A stretch of 64,000 bases of DNA from Bythopirellula sp. (GTDB lineage Bacteria; Planctomycetota; Planctomycetia; Pirellulales; Lacipirellulaceae). Below the pieces are notes generated by a model, which saw only the letters and a program-made list of their open reading frames with translations, was not told the DNA's origin and did no database searches. A program made the position numbers and the translations under genes. Each line of letters starts with the position of its first letter. The stretch's first letter is position 1. Location: positions 544,001 through 608,000 of the forward strand of contig OZ244170.1 in the NCBI GenBank assembly GCA_965216565.1, in the 5' to 3' direction. Positions 37,611 through 49,278 of this stretch are shown piece by piece.

Positions 37611-38612
37611 GTGCAGAGTTCGTATCCCGACGGATTGTTAGAATCGATACTGAGCGAGTGGTTCGACCATCTCGGCGAGGTGGAGATTCGTTCTCACAAC
37701 GATTCCCTGGCACTAAGCAATGCGCACGTTTGGCAGATTTGTTACCAAGAAACAACATATTGTCTCAAGTGCTGGCCCTGCGGTCTGTATTCCGAGCAAC
37801 AGTTAGAAGTGTGGCACGACTTGCTGAGGCACATTAACGCCAATGGTTTTCAAAAAGTTGCTCTGCCAACCATGGCCCGCTCGGGCTTGTCGGTCGTTTG
37901 CAAAAACAATGAACTTTGGGATCTAACTACTTGGTTGCCCGGGACTGCCTGCCCGCCTGAGGAGTGCGACGACCAGAAGCTGGATGAAATGCTGTGCTCT
38001 CTGGCGGAGTTCCATCAGGCAGCTTCTACTTTCCAGAAACCAATCATCGATGTATCCCCCGGTTTGCAGAAACGTCGCGAGATTCTGAGACATTTCTCCG
38101 CGGGCGGAAGCAGACAGTTGGAACTGGCACTTTCACAGTCGACCCCTCCGTGGCACGACTTGCTGCAAAAACTCTTTGCCGAGCTGTTGCGGGTAACACC
38201 AGGCATACTTAGCGAACTGAGTAGTATGGCTGACCGGGAACTCATCCAGCAGTGGTGTCTGCGAGATGTGAAGTGCGATCACATGCTACTGGAAGGCGGA
38301 CGCGTTAGTGGCATCGTGGACTACGGCGCGGCGAACGTGGATTCGGTGGCGTGCGATCTTGCACGTCTGGCGGGGAGTGTTCGTGGCGACCAGAAGTGCG
38401 ATTGGCAGTCGATCTTGGCCAGCTACGAATCGCACCGAACGCTCACGCCCGACGAGCGGGAACTAATCCCACTATTCCATGCGGGGGGGATAACTTCCGC
38501 ATCCGCCAACTGGCTTGGCTGGCTACTTCTAGAAAAACGGAACTTTCACCGGGCCAAGAATGTCCAACTTCGACTGAAATGGCTGCTTGCTTGCTTGAGA
38601 AATCTCCCGTAG
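37611..38612 (+). CDS. APH / type II homoserine kinase-like phosphotransferase
   Basis: LAEFH, LRDVKCDHML, GIVDYG, DLARL. Confidence 0.8.
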   Translation: MQSSYPDGLLESILSEWFDHLGEVEIRSHNDSLALSNAHVWQICYQETTYCLKCWPCGLYSEQQLEVWHDLLRHINANGFQKVALPTMARSGLSVVCKNNELWDLTTWLPGTACPPEECDDQKLDEMLCSLAEFHQAASTFQKPIIDVSPGLQKRREILRHFSAGGSRQLELALSQSTPPWHDLLQKLFAELLRVTPGILSELSSMADRELIQQWCLRDVKCDHMLLEGGRVSGIVDYGAANVDSVACDLARLAGSVRGDQKCDWQSILASYESHRTLTPDERELIPLFHAGGITSASANWLGWLLLEKRNFHRAKNVQLRLKWLLACLRNLP

Positions 38613-38869
38613 CAAACTGCTAGCGAATTCCGGGCGAAACTGCGTCCTGGTCTCAATTGCCTAGCAAATGTGCTAGTTCTTACACACCTTTCACGCTTGC
38701 GGGCAGATAATATAAGGGTTTAACTTCGTACTGGTGGAACTTATCCCTCGATTGGTGTGCGGACCAGGGCGACGTTGACCCGATTTTTAAGGAACGGCTA
38801 CAATCCAATCTTCCACTGCTAGCGACAGGAAGTCGCTAGACTCGCCTGAATAGCGCAAAGGGTTCCGGG

Positions 38870-40972
38870 ATGATCGCTCACGCTTCGTCATATCGACGAA
38901 TGTTCTCCGTTTTGCTTAGCCTGCTCGCCTGTTTCGCAGCGCAGATCGCCGTTGCGCAGTTTGATGCGTTCGAAGGCCTTTCTGGATTAGGAGGCGACGA
39001 CGGCTCGACCGAGGTGAGTATCTCAGCGGAGTTGATTCCTTCCAAAGATGATTCACCGGCACAACTAGCAATTACGGCTGATATCCCTGAAGGCTTTCAC
39101 GTCTTTGCAATCGATCAGGGTGCTTTGCCCAATAATGGCGGTGGCCCGATGGCAACGGAGATCACTATCAACCCGGAGTCACCGGTCAAACTGCTTGGTA
39201 ATTGGCAACCCTCCGAGCCACCACACGTGCACATCGACCAAGAAGCTTGGGTTGGGTTGGAACTTCGCGAGCACGAGCAGCAGATTACCTGGACCGTTCC
39301 AGTTGAAGTAACTGGCGGAGGTGCAATCACCGGGTTGGTCCGTGGTCAATCGTGCAATCCCAACACCTGCATTCCTTTTAGACAGGAAATCAACATCACT
39401 GCCAGCTTGGGCACCGCAGCGTCTGGAAGCACGACGGCCAATGTGTCCTTGCAGAGCCCCAGCCATTCCATTGAAATTGGATCGCAATCGGCTACGAACG
39501 TGTCCGGCTACGACATCTCCAAGATTGAACTGAATGACTCGACCGAGCAATCAATCTGGTACTACCTAGTCTCGGCTTTCTTCGGAGGCATCATTCTCAA
39601 CATTATGCCCTGCGTGTTACCTGTGATTGGGCTCAAGGTGATGAGCTTCGTGCAGCAAGCGGGGCAAAGCCGCGCCCAAGCATGGGTGCTCAACTGTTGG
39701 TATTCCGCGGGGATCATTATTGTTTTCTTAATTCTGGCCAGCTTGGCTGTTAGCCTTCAACTCGGTTGGGGAGGCCAGTTTGGCAACGCCGGATTTAATC
39801 TCACATTGATTGCAATCGTATTTGCCATGGCCCTCAGCTTACTGGGTGTTTGGGACATTCCGATTCCTGGGTTTGTTGGAGGCAGCAAGGCGACGATGGC
39901 CGCAGAACGCGAAGGCCCAGCTGCGGCGTTCCTGAAGGGGGTGTTGACAACGATCCTAGCCACACCCTGTACAGGACCCTTGATGGCAGCAGCGTTGGCT
40001 TGGGCCGTGAAACAGCCTGCTTGGGTCACGTTCTCGGTATTCGGTACACTCGGACTCGGGATGGCTAGCCCCTATCTGTTGATCGGTGCGTTTCCCAGCC
40101 TGGTGAATTTTCTTCCCAAGCCCGGCCCCTGGATGGAAACTTTCAAGAAAGTCACAGGCTTCATACTGCTAGCTACGGTTGTTTGGCTGATGTCCTTCAT
40201 CGACTCGGCTCTGCTTGTTCCCACGGCGTTGATGCTGTTAGGGATTTCGATCGCCTGCTGGTGGGTTTCAAAGACTCCAATCACCGCCAGCCGATTGCAA
40301 AAGACTTATGCCTGGGCAACTGCTGGATTGCTAACGGTTGTTTCGGCACTGCTATCCTATGGGATCTTGCAGCCCATTATGGAGGAGCGATTCGAAGAGG
40401 AAGTAGCCGCTCACAGTGCGACACAAATTGAGCTGAAGAGCCAAGAGATTGCTCAACAGTTAGCGAATGTCGATTCGCTTGATCAATTGCAGGGAATCAT
40501 CTCTGAATTCGCAAAGGCTTCGACCAAGGACACCGGTAAACCTTGGCAACCCTTTACTAACGACAAGCTTTCCCGGATTGCTCTTAGTGAAGGTCGGACC
40601 GTCATGGTCGACTTCACTGCTGATTGGTGTGTGAGTTGCAAAGCACTCGAAAAGTATGTGCTGAAAACCGAACCCGTAGAGCAAGCTATCGATGCTGCCG
40701 ACGTGGTAACGATGGAAGCCGACTATACGGACGAACCTCCTGAGATGAAGGAAATGATCAAAGCCCTGGGTGGCATTGGCGTGCCACTCGTCGCTATCTT
40801 TCCTGCCTCGAATCCCTACCAGCCGATCGTGTTCTCCAACGGCCAGTACACGCAGCAAGATTTGATCGACGGGATCACTCAAGCAACGGGGCAAAGAATA
40901 GCTCCAGTAGCGGACGGCAATGCTACCCAGACCTCACTTTCCCAAGTGGCCGACCCGGAACCGCGGCTCTAG
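38870..40972 (+). CDS. DsbD-like thiol:disulfide interchange protein
   Basis: GIILNIMPCVLP, LATPCTGP, DFTADWCVSC. Confidence 0.9.
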   Translation: MIAHASSYRRMFSVLLSLLACFAAQIAVAQFDAFEGLSGLGGDDGSTEVSISAELIPSKDDSPAQLAITADIPEGFHVFAIDQGALPNNGGGPMATEITINPESPVKLLGNWQPSEPPHVHIDQEAWVGLELREHEQQITWTVPVEVTGGGAITGLVRGQSCNPNTCIPFRQEINITASLGTAASGSTTANVSLQSPSHSIEIGSQSATNVSGYDISKIELNDSTEQSIWYYLVSAFFGGIILNIMPCVLPVIGLKVMSFVQQAGQSRAQAWVLNCWYSAGIIIVFLILASLAVSLQLGWGGQFGNAGFNLTLIAIVFAMALSLLGVWDIPIPGFVGGSKATMAAEREGPAAAFLKGVLTTILATPCTGPLMAAALAWAVKQPAWVTFSVFGTLGLGMASPYLLIGAFPSLVNFLPKPGPWMETFKKVTGFILLATVVWLMSFIDSALLVPTALMLLGISIACWWVSKTPITASRLQKTYAWATAGLLTVVSALLSYGILQPIMEERFEEEVAAHSATQIELKSQEIAQQLANVDSLDQLQGIISEFAKASTKDTGKPWQPFTNDKLSRIALSEGRTVMVDFTADWCVSCKALEKYVLKTEPVEQAIDAADVVTMEADYTDEPPEMKEMIKALGGIGVPLVAIFPASNPYQPIVFSNGQYTQQDLIDGITQATGQRIAPVADGNATQTSLSQVADPEPRL

Positions 40973-41008
40973 TTTGCGGTTCCAGGTGTCGTCCTTTGAG
41001 ATAACTGT

Positions 41009-43123
41009 CTAGGCTACGTAACACATCAGCGTGTGATGGTTAAGTCGCAGCTTACCCGTCGATGGCAGTTTCGGCCCGTCTACCTTGGGATGGACATCAT
41101 GCGGCGCCTGGGCGGAGGTATCCACAAATTGGTTCCAGTCCAGCTTGCGAAGAGTCGGTGGGACAACGAACTCCTGCGATGCGGGGCCTGAATGCAGCAA
41201 GATCATAACAGGCCGAGCAGCAGGATCTTGTATCCCCTGAGTGCCCAATACGCAGACCATGCTCTTTGTTTCCTGTGTCCAGTCCATTAACTTGCCAGAG
41301 GCGGCATACCAGGCCACGTCGGGGAGCTCGCCATCTTCTCCTGCCCCGCCTGTCAGAAACGTCGGACGACGGACATTCGGCTGCTCCTTGCGGAAAGCGA
41401 TCAACGCCTCACAGAACCGCAGCATCTCGGCATTCTTGTCTAATAAACGCCAATCGAACCAACTAATGGCGTTGTCCTGGCAGTAGGCGTTATTGTTGCC
41501 GCGCTGAGTACGCAGCACTTCGTCCCCAGCGGAGATCATCGGCGTGCCCTGGCTGAGCAACATCGTAGCCATCATATTCTTGGCTTGGCGTCGGCGAAGT
41601 TCCATTATGTGCTTGCGACGCGTTGGGCCTTCCACTCCATAGTTGGCGCTGTAGTTATTGTTGTCGCCATCGCGGTTGTCTTCGCCATTGGCCTGGTTGT
41701 GCTTTTGCTCGTAGCTCACCAGGTCATTGAGCGGGTAGCCATCGTGCGAAGTCACGAAGTTGATGCTATGGTAAGGCCGACGATTGCTATGTTGATAAAG
41801 ATCACTGGAACCAGAGATCCGCGTCGCAATTTGCCCGGTGAGGCCGTGATCGCCCCGCCAATAGCGGCGCACATCGTCGCGGAAGTGGCCATTCCACTCC
41901 GCCCAGCGATGGTCGGCAAAAGAGCCCACTTGGAACGCGCCCGCCGCATCCCATGCTTCGGCAATAATCTTGGTATCGGCCAGCATTGGATCTTCGGCGA
42001 TTACCTCCACCAACGGCGGATTGGGGACCAATTCACCGGTCCTATCGCGGCTGAGGATCGAAGCCAGATCGAAGCGGAATCCGTCGATGTGGTAGTTGTA
42101 TACCCAGTGACGCAGACAGTGGAATATCATCTCTCGACAAATGGGGTGATTGCCGTTGACTGTATTCCCACAGCCCGAGTAGTTCTTATAGGTGCCGTCC
42201 TCATTCAGCATGTAGTAGACGTCGTTCTGCAGTCCCTTGAAGCTCAGCGTGGGGCCAAGATGATTGCCTTCTGCCGTGTGATTGAACACCACGTCGAGAA
42301 TGACTTCGATCCCCGCCTCATGCAATGCCCGCACCATTTGTTTGAATTGCACAACCTGATCGCCAGGTTTATTGCCATCCATGTAGCCTCGATGTGGAGC
42401 AAAAAAGGCCAGGGAATCGTAACCCCAAAAGTTGCGACGCTCCGGCGTATTGCCTAGCGCATCATTAATGGGAAATTCGTGAATCGGCATTAATTCAACG
42501 GCCGTCACACCCAGCGACTTGAGGTAGGGAATTTTTTCGATCACTCCCAGATACGTGCCGGGATGATCTGTCTCGCTCGTATTGCTTCGTGTGAAGCCAC
42601 GAACGTGCATCTCATAAATCACAGTTTCCGATAGCGGCCGACGCAAATGGCGATCGCCCTGCCAATCGAAGTTGTCCTCCACAGCTACACATTTCGGCGG
42701 ACGCACAATGCCGTCCTTCGAAGATTGAAACCGACCAGCGAGGGCTCGCGAATAAGGGTCGATCAGCCGAGCTTGGTTGTTGAACCGATGACCTGCTTCG
42801 GGGTTGTAAGGCCCATCCGCTTGGAAGTGATAAAGTTGTCCCGGTTTCAACCCAGGTACAAATACACTCCACAAATCACCCCAACGATCGGTTGACGGAT
42901 CAAATTCGATCTTGCGATACGGATCGCGATCGTTGACGCGGCGATACAGGAGGACACTCATGGCTACAGCGCTTTTGCTATAGACGACGAACTGAACCCC
43001 GTCTTCCTGGACGACTGCACCGTAGGGTAGGGGATAGTGGAATTGTAAACCGCGTTTGGAGTTTGGCATTACAAATCGGGTTTGTCCCGTATTCGAAACA
43101 AACGGCGACCATTGGGTGATCAT
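41009..43123 (-). CDS. glgX: Glycogen debranching enzyme (GH13)
   Basis: IYEMHVRGFT, DVVFNHTAEG, DGFRFDLAS, IAEAWD, GNNNAYCQDN. Confidence 0.95.
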   Translation of the reverse strand: MITQWSPFVSNTGQTRFVMPNSKRGLQFHYPLPYGAVVQEDGVQFVVYSKSAVAMSVLLYRRVNDRDPYRKIEFDPSTDRWGDLWSVFVPGLKPGQLYHFQADGPYNPEAGHRFNNQARLIDPYSRALAGRFQSSKDGIVRPPKCVAVEDNFDWQGDRHLRRPLSETVIYEMHVRGFTRSNTSETDHPGTYLGVIEKIPYLKSLGVTAVELMPIHEFPINDALGNTPERRNFWGYDSLAFFAPHRGYMDGNKPGDQVVQFKQMVRALHEAGIEVILDVVFNHTAEGNHLGPTLSFKGLQNDVYYMLNEDGTYKNYSGCGNTVNGNHPICREMIFHCLRHWVYNYHIDGFRFDLASILSRDRTGELVPNPPLVEVIAEDPMLADTKIIAEAWDAAGAFQVGSFADHRWAEWNGHFRDDVRRYWRGDHGLTGQIATRISGSSDLYQHSNRRPYHSINFVTSHDGYPLNDLVSYEQKHNQANGEDNRDGDNNNYSANYGVEGPTRRKHIMELRRRQAKNMMATMLLSQGTPMISAGDEVLRTQRGNNNAYCQDNAISWFDWRLLDKNAEMLRFCEALIAFRKEQPNVRRPTFLTGGAGEDGELPDVAWYAASGKLMDWTQETKSMVCVLGTQGIQDPAARPVMILLHSGPASQEFVVPPTLRKLDWNQFVDTSAQAPHDVHPKVDGPKLPSTGKLRLNHHTLMCYVA

Positions 43124-43612
43124 GGGTGAAGACTCTCGGTGATTTGGGGGAAGTGTTTCAGGCTAATCGCTCACTGGAAGCAGACGCTCTGCGCCAGGCT
43201 TTGCTAAGCTCGAACGATCGTGTCCTTTACACTTCGACCGGGAGTCTTCCTTTGCGTGAAATTTTGTTAGGTGGGCGGCAGAGATTCGGTGGACGATATC
43301 TCTGGAGTGACCGCTGTGGCCGGTGCTACAGGGCCGAGTGGCGTGATCCCGCTGTTCGGTGTGCGAGACGAATCTTCGCTACCCAACCCAATCGGAACCT
43401 CTGTTGGGTGCTAATCGTAAAGACTAGCACGAACTGCCCGACATAGCCGGACACCTCGGAAAGCTTTGCGCCGACCGCAGGCACCTTAAGAGTGTACCTG
43501 CTATGCCGGGGCCGGTCGAATCGACATGGCCCCTACAAACGGGCCTCGTTGACACTACCAGATAAAACGCTCAAAATTGCGGTCTCCGGTCCGCCACGCA
43601 ATGTGAATCTAA

Positions 43613-44674
43613 ATGGAAAAAATCACCTACCGAGACGCCGGAGTCGACCTGGCAACCTATCAGGAATCGATGGCGCGGCTGCCTTCGCTGCTCAAGCGTA
43701 CTCACTGTTCTCGCGTTATGCCTTGGTCAGGCGGCTATGCGGGGCTGTTCCAGCTCGATTTCTCCGAGGGGCTGTTTTCTCGGAATTATCAGCAGCCGGT
43801 CCTAGTTTCCTGCACAGACGGTGTGGGGACCAAGCTCAAAGTCGCTCAGATGACGGGGCAGCATCGGTCGATCGGCATCGATTTGGTGGCCATGTGCGTG
43901 AACGACGCCATCTGCTGCGGGGCTGAACCTCTGTTCTTTCTCGACTATGTCGCCATGGCCGAGGACGATCCTGGGCTCTTGGAGCAAATCGTCGAAGGCA
44001 TTAGCAACGGCTGCGTTGAGAGCGATGCGGCTCTCGTAGGCGGAGAGACGGCCATCATGCCTGATCTCTATCAAGCGGGTGACTACGATCTGGCAGGGTT
44101 CTGTGTGGGCATCGTCGAGCGATCTCGCATGCTCGATGGTAGTGCAATAGCCGCCGGCGATGTGGTGCTGGGCGTCGCCTCTAGCGGTATCCATTCCAAC
44201 GGCTATAGCCTGGTGAGAAAGATTGTGTTCGAGCACTCAGGCCTATCGGTCGACGATCACGTCGAAGAACTAGACCAAACCGTAGGCGAGGTGTTGCTGA
44301 AACCCACACAACTGTACGTCCGACCGGTGCGCGAGGTTTTGAACCACTACAAAGTGAAGTCCGTGGTGCACGGCATCGCTCACATCACCGGCGGCGGCTT
44401 GCATGAAAATCTAGGAAGAATCCTTCCTGACGGTATCGACGCAGTAATCACCCGCGACAGCTGGACAGTCCCCCTCGAGTTTCCCTGGCTACAAAAGTTA
44501 GGTAACGTCGACGACGAAGAAATGGAGCGCGTGTTCAATATGGGCGTGGGGCTGGCGCTTGTGGTCAGCGACTATTATGCGGAAAGCATCCAACAACAGC
44601 TAAACGGACTGGGCTTCGAGGCCTCGGTCATCGGACAAACCGTGGCTGGCAATGGCGAAAGCCGTTGGGGTTAG
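43613..44674 (+). CDS. purM: AIR synthase
   Basis: [39 protein letters not shown]. Confidence 0.97.
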   Translation: MEKITYRDAGVDLATYQESMARLPSLLKRTHCSRVMPWSGGYAGLFQLDFSEGLFSRNYQQPVLVSCTDGVGTKLKVAQMTGQHRSIGIDLVAMCVNDAICCGAEPLFFLDYVAMAEDDPGLLEQIVEGISNGCVESDAALVGGETAIMPDLYQAGDYDLAGFCVGIVERSRMLDGSAIAAGDVVLGVASSGIHSNGYSLVRKIVFEHSGLSVDDHVEELDQTVGEVLLKPTQLYVRPVREVLNHYKVKSVVHGIAHITGGGLHENLGRILPDGIDAVITRDSWTVPLEFPWLQKLGNVDDEEMERVFNMGVGLALVVSDYYAESIQQQLNGLGFEASVIGQTVAGNGESRWG

Positions 44675-44773
44675 TACTCCGCAAGCCTCGAACGTAAGTG
44701 ACGGGACCGTAGACGGGTCCATAGGCCGAGCGGACTTCAGTCCGCCGGAGCACCAGGAAAAGCCGAATCTGCA

Positions 44774-45811
44774 CTAAACGGTTACAGGTTCGCGTTTCAA
44801 CGGCTCGATGCAGTTGGTATAGAACTGCTCAATATCCGCCTCGGGCCCCATCAGGATGGCGACGTCACCGACTTCGATGATTACTTCATCCTTAGGATTA
44901 AACAGGTTTTCGCCGTCTTTGCGTTTGAGGGCGACGATCATGACTCCCTCCGTGCTAGGCAGATCTTCCGCTTCGCGAACCGTGCGGCCCACGAACGGGC
45001 TCTTAGCGGTGAACTCAAACTCTTCCAGCTCCGCGTTGACGCCTGACTCGTGACCGACGCAACGCAACAGGTTCGATGCCTCGGGTCGGATGATGATGTC
45101 CGCCATCCGCTCAGCACCGATTACCGCGGGTAGCACCACTTGGGTGGCACCGGCTTGAAGCAACTTTTTCTCAGTGCGAGGATGTTCGCCGCGGGCGATA
45201 ATTTCGATGTTTGGGTTTAGATTGTGGGCCGTCAGGGTGAGGAACACATTGTCGGCATCGCTGGAGAGTGCAATGACAATCGATTTGGCACGTTCGATAC
45301 CTACGAAGTTAAGAACTTCTTCGTCGGTGGCATCGCCATCGACATACAAATACTTGTGAGATTTCAATTCTAAGACCGACTCGGCACTGGGATCGATGAC
45401 CACAAATGGCACCCGATGGCGAGATAGTCGGTGCGCCAGGTTCTGCCCGATGCGACCGAATCCACAGATGATTACGTGGTTCTCTAGCTTGTTAATTTCC
45501 TTCGACATACGTCTCTCTCCCATTGCCCGATCAAATTGTCCTTCGACAATTGCTTGAATCATCATGCCTAGCGTGTATGCCACGGCACACATGCCGACGA
45601 GAATAACAGTGACGGTAAGCCACTGGTCGCTGACAGTAAGTGAAGGCTCGACGATTTCCGAGTAACCGACCCCAAAGATGGTAATGACGGTCCAATAGAG
45701 CGAGTCGAGCAGCGTTTCGTCGTTCAGATGGTTATGCCCTAGGATAGAAAAGACGAACAAGGCGCCCAAAGCCAAGGCACCGCGTCGAGCTCGTATCAGG
45801 GCAGGATTCAT
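44774..45811 (-). CDS. Potassium channel protein with RCK (TrkA-N/C) domains
   Basis: TIFGVGY pore, ICGFGRIG, GDAT. Confidence 0.9.
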   Translation of the reverse strand: MNPALIRARRGALALGALFVFSILGHNHLNDETLLDSLYWTVITIFGVGYSEIVEPSLTVSDQWLTVTVILVGMCAVAYTLGMMIQAIVEGQFDRAMGERRMSKEINKLENHVIICGFGRIGQNLAHRLSRHRVPFVVIDPSAESVLELKSHKYLYVDGDATDEEVLNFVGIERAKSIVIALSSDADNVFLTLTAHNLNPNIEIIARGEHPRTEKKLLQAGATQVVLPAVIGAERMADIIIRPEASNLLRCVGHESGVNAELEEFEFTAKSPFVGRTVREAEDLPSTEGVMIVALKRKDGENLFNPKDEVIIEVGDVAILMGPEADIEQFYTNCIEPLKREPVTV

Positions 45812-47001
45812 CAGGTATGGTAGTCGGCATTAAGTCGGACATATTCTGCCGTTAGGTCAGTTGTCCAAAATCGTGCGGACGCTTCTCCATCGTCAAGGAG
45901 CAAAACGATGCCTGTGTCTCGATTAGCCTTCATTTCAGTCGAGACGGCATCGGCGTCGAACTCTACCGGGGCTCCGTTTTCATAGAGCAGTGTGCCATTC
46001 ACCAAGAGGCTCACTCTAGCCGGGTCGAACGCTACACCAGCGTAGCCCGCGGCTGAGACGATGCGGCCCCAATTTGGATCATTCCCAGCCACTGCGGTCT
46101 TCACCAATGGACTGTCCGCGACGGTCTTAGCGATTTTGACGGCATCAGCCCGGCTTTTACTGCCGTGAACTTCAATGGTGATCAGGTGCGTCGCCCCTTC
46201 GCCATCGGCGGGGATCGATTGAGCGAGATGCTCGCAGACCTCGACCAACGTAGCTTGGAATTTGGCCAGATCGTTGCCCGCCAACTTCGGGCCCCCAGCC
46301 GCGCCATTGGCCAGCAGAACAACGCAGTCGCTCGTGCTCATATGGCCATCGACACTAATGCAGTTAAACGATTCATCGACGGCGTCCTTTAGACCAGCCT
46401 GGGCATCGTCCATGGATATGGCGGCATCGGTCACGACGACTGCCAACATTGTCGCCATGTTGGGGCCAATCATCGCGGCTCCCTTGGCCATGCCTGAGAT
46501 CCGAATCGGTGGGTCGAGTTCAATATCTCTGCAGCAGATTTTCACTCGCGTATCGGTCGTCATCATGCCTCGAGCCGCATTAATCAAAGATGAGCCGTCG
46601 TTCTTAAGCTCACTAGCAGCCATGCTGATGCCACGAGCGATTTTATCCATAGGCAAGAAATCGCCAATCAAGCCCGTCGAGAGCACCAACGCTTGTTCGC
46701 CAGAGAAGCCGCAAGCCTCGCCGGTGAGTTCGGCCATTTTCTCGGCATCCCGATCGCCACGCTCGCCGGTACATGCATTCGAAATGCCCGAGTTGATGAC
46801 GACGCCTCGAATTGCCTCGCTGGGCGTGCGGCTTCGGTTTAGCTTTACGGGGGCTCCGTGAACCAGATTTTGCGTATACACTCCCGCGGCAACGGCAGGA
46901 CGATCGGAAACTACCAGAGAGAGATCCAGCTTCTCTGTGTTTCTTTTGACGCCCGAGTAGACTCCTGCCGCTTGGTATCCTTGTGGGAGCTGATCTGCCA
47001 T
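45811..47001 (-). CDS. argJ: Ornithine acetyltransferase ArgJ
   Basis: SNACTG, MTTDT, KGAAMIGPNMATML, DGEGAT, DPNWGRI. Confidence 0.97.
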   Translation of the reverse strand: MADQLPQGYQAAGVYSGVKRNTEKLDLSLVVSDRPAVAAGVYTQNLVHGAPVKLNRSRTPSEAIRGVVINSGISNACTGERGDRDAEKMAELTGEACGFSGEQALVLSTGLIGDFLPMDKIARGISMAASELKNDGSSLINAARGMMTTDTRVKICCRDIELDPPIRISGMAKGAAMIGPNMATMLAVVVTDAAISMDDAQAGLKDAVDESFNCISVDGHMSTSDCVVLLANGAAGGPKLAGNDLAKFQATLVEVCEHLAQSIPADGEGATHLITIEVHGSKSRADAVKIAKTVADSPLVKTAVAGNDPNWGRIVSAAGYAGVAFDPARVSLLVNGTLLYENGAPVEFDADAVSTEMKANRDTGIVLLLDDGEASARFWTTDLTAEYVRLNADYHT

Positions 47002-47020
47002 ACGCCGCCAAGTGCTTTCT

Positions 47021-48031
47021 CTAGAGTAGTGCCGTAGTTTCGGGGAAGTCGTAGATCAAATTGAAGTTTTGCACGGCCGCGCCGGAGGCTCCCTTCAGTA
47101 GATTGTCAATCACGCTTACGGTGACCACTTTGCCGCGGACAACTCGTGTGGCGATGTCGCAGAAGTTGGTACCAACAACTTGTTTCGTCGTGGGCAAATC
47201 GTCAACCACTCGTACGAAGGGTTCGTCCTTGTAAAAGTCCTTCAGAACTTGCTGCACCGCATCGGCATCGCACGCCTTAGTCGGTTCGCTGTAAGTAGTG
47301 GAGAGAATGCCTCGGTCCATGGGAACCAAGTGTGGTGTGAACACCACGTTTGTGGTCGCATTTGCCGTCTTGGAGAGAATGAGGTCGATCTCAGGGGTAT
47401 GCCGATGTTCTCCCACGCCGTAGGCAGCGAAGCTCTCGTTCGATTCTGGAAAGTGTAGATTGGGCTTGGGATTGCGTCCTGCTCCACTGACTCCGCTCTT
47501 GCTATCGACGACAATTCCTTGAGGCGAAATGACCCCTGCCTTCAGCAAAGGAGCCAACGCCAAAATTGCGGATGTTGGATAGCAACCGGGATTAGCAACC
47601 AAGTCCGCGCCACGAATATCGTCGCGGAACAACTCAGGCAGACCATACACGGTTTCCGGCAGTCGTTTGGGATCGGGGTGCTCTACGCCGTACCACTCGG
47701 TGTAGGTTTGCGGGTCGTCGAGGCGATAGTCGGCAGAGAAATCGACTACTCTACAGCCGGCCGCTAGCAGTTGGCTCACAGCTTCGGCGCTTGCCGCATG
47801 GGGTAAACAGCCGAACACGCAGTCCGCTCGCTCAGCAACCTCGGCGGTGGTCAGATTTTCGAGTTCTAGATCCAAGCGATCTCGAATCGCAGGATGAACC
47901 GTCGAAACATGGGGCCGATGCTCTTGCCGCGTGGTTAGAACGGATACCTCTACCTCCGGATGCCTCAGCAGCAGCGGTAGCAATTCCCGAGCCGTATAGC
48001 CCGTGGCACCGAGAATTGCCGTACGAATCAT
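47021..48031 (-). CDS. argC: N-acetyl-gamma-glutamyl-phosphate reductase
   Basis: GATGYT, ANPGCYPT, SGVSGAGR, DNLLKGASG. Confidence 0.97.
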   Translation of the reverse strand: MIRTAILGATGYTARELLPLLLRHPEVEVSVLTTRQEHRPHVSTVHPAIRDRLDLELENLTTAEVAERADCVFGCLPHAASAEAVSQLLAAGCRVVDFSADYRLDDPQTYTEWYGVEHPDPKRLPETVYGLPELFRDDIRGADLVANPGCYPTSAILALAPLLKAGVISPQGIVVDSKSGVSGAGRNPKPNLHFPESNESFAAYGVGEHRHTPEIDLILSKTANATTNVVFTPHLVPMDRGILSTTYSEPTKACDADAVQQVLKDFYKDEPFVRVVDDLPTTKQVVGTNFCDIATRVVRGKVVTVSVIDNLLKGASGAAVQNFNLIYDFPETTALL

Positions 48032-48385
48032 AGTTCAACCAGGGGAGAGGGGTAATTCGTTTGATCTACGCGAAATTGCTAGACTCGTAAGTATACAGCC
48101 GGGGTATGGCCCTCGCTACAGGTCGAAAGACGCAGCACAACTCTGTCGCTACAGACGCTGGAGGGGCAGGCTAGGGCAGGGACACTTAGCGATTCTTCCC
48201 GGTTCGTAATAACCAGCACAGAATGACCCCATCTCTTGCGAACTTGGGAAGAACCAGTAGCTAGCGTTCAACCTGGGCTGGACTTGCAGCCGAGACAAAG
48301 TGGGGGTTAAATAAACAGCGGGATTAGAGCAAATACACGATTGAGCCTTCAGGGATTCCAAAAGGCCAAGAGGAGAATAATAACT

Positions 48386-48598
48386 ATGTCGCCGACAGAT
48401 CAAAAAAAGAACTTAGGCATTTCTGACGAAGCGGTTTCCAAGCGTGCCTATCAGATATGGGAAGAGCGTGGTTGCCCCAATGACGACGGCTCTGATAATT
48501 GGCAATTGGCCCAAAAGCAGCTACTTGCGGAAGCCCGCCGACGCCAGCCACCCATTTTGCGGCTTCTCAATCGACTGCGTCTTCGAGCGGCCATGTAG
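48386..48598 (+). CDS. DUF2934-domain protein
   Basis: VSKRAYQIWEERGCP...DNWQLAQKQL; AGGAG RBS. Confidence 0.85.
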   Translation: MSPTDQKKNLGISDEAVSKRAYQIWEERGCPNDDGSDNWQLAQKQLLAEARRRQPPILRLLNRLRLRAAM

Positions 48599-48631
48599 TC
48601 GAGTTCCGAGCATCTTTCCACTGCTAACGAT

Positions 48632-49264
48632 TCAAATTGCGTCAATCAAATGACGCTGAATTACGGCTAGGATCTCGCGGCCGACCTCAGGCTTTGGCCC
48701 CGAAAACTGGTGGAGCACTTCCCCTTGCGGGTCGATGATCTCGACATTGTTTTCGGCAGCGTGCATTGCCTCGACGCCGTTGGAAACCATCAGGTCGCAG
48801 CTCTTTCGTTGCAACTTGGCTAACGCGCGGAATCGGTGGTCCTCTGTTTCTAAAGCGAAACCGACAACCCACCGTTGACCTTTGGTGGAGGCTAGCGTGG
48901 CAACGACATCCGCAGTTTCGATCAGTTCCAAGACGAGCGGAGCGCCGGTCTTGGCAATCTTGCTAGCTTCGATTTGTCGCGGGCGGTAGTCGGAAGGGGC
49001 CGCTGCGCCGATCATTCCATCGCAGCTTTCAAACTCGCGCTCTGCTGCCTCGAGCATTTCTTCCGTAGAGGTAACCGGCACAACTTGGGCGGTAGCCGGA
49101 TATTTGATTTCTACAGGACCACTGACGACCACCACTTCGTGCCCGAGTCGCAAGGCAGCCTCAGTAAGTGCCAGACCCATGCGTCCGCTGGATGCATTCG
49201 TTAGATAGCGAACCGGATCGATGTATTGCCGCGTGGGGCCCGAGGTGACGAGGATTCTAGCCAT
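48632..49264 (-). CDS. coaB: Phosphopantothenate-cysteine ligase (stand-alone)
   Basis: TSGPTRQYIDPVRYLTNASSGRMG, AAPSDY, VGFALET. Confidence 0.92.
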   Translation of the reverse strand: MARILVTSGPTRQYIDPVRYLTNASSGRMGLALTEAALRLGHEVVVVSGPVEIKYPATAQVVPVTSTEEMLEAAEREFESCDGMIGAAAPSDYRPRQIEASKIAKTGAPLVLELIETADVVATLASTKGQRWVVGFALETEDHRFRALAKLQRKSCDLMVSNGVEAMHAAENNVEIIDPQGEVLHQFSGPKPEVGREILAVIQRHLIDAI

Positions 49265-49278
49265 GCGGCTCTACCCAG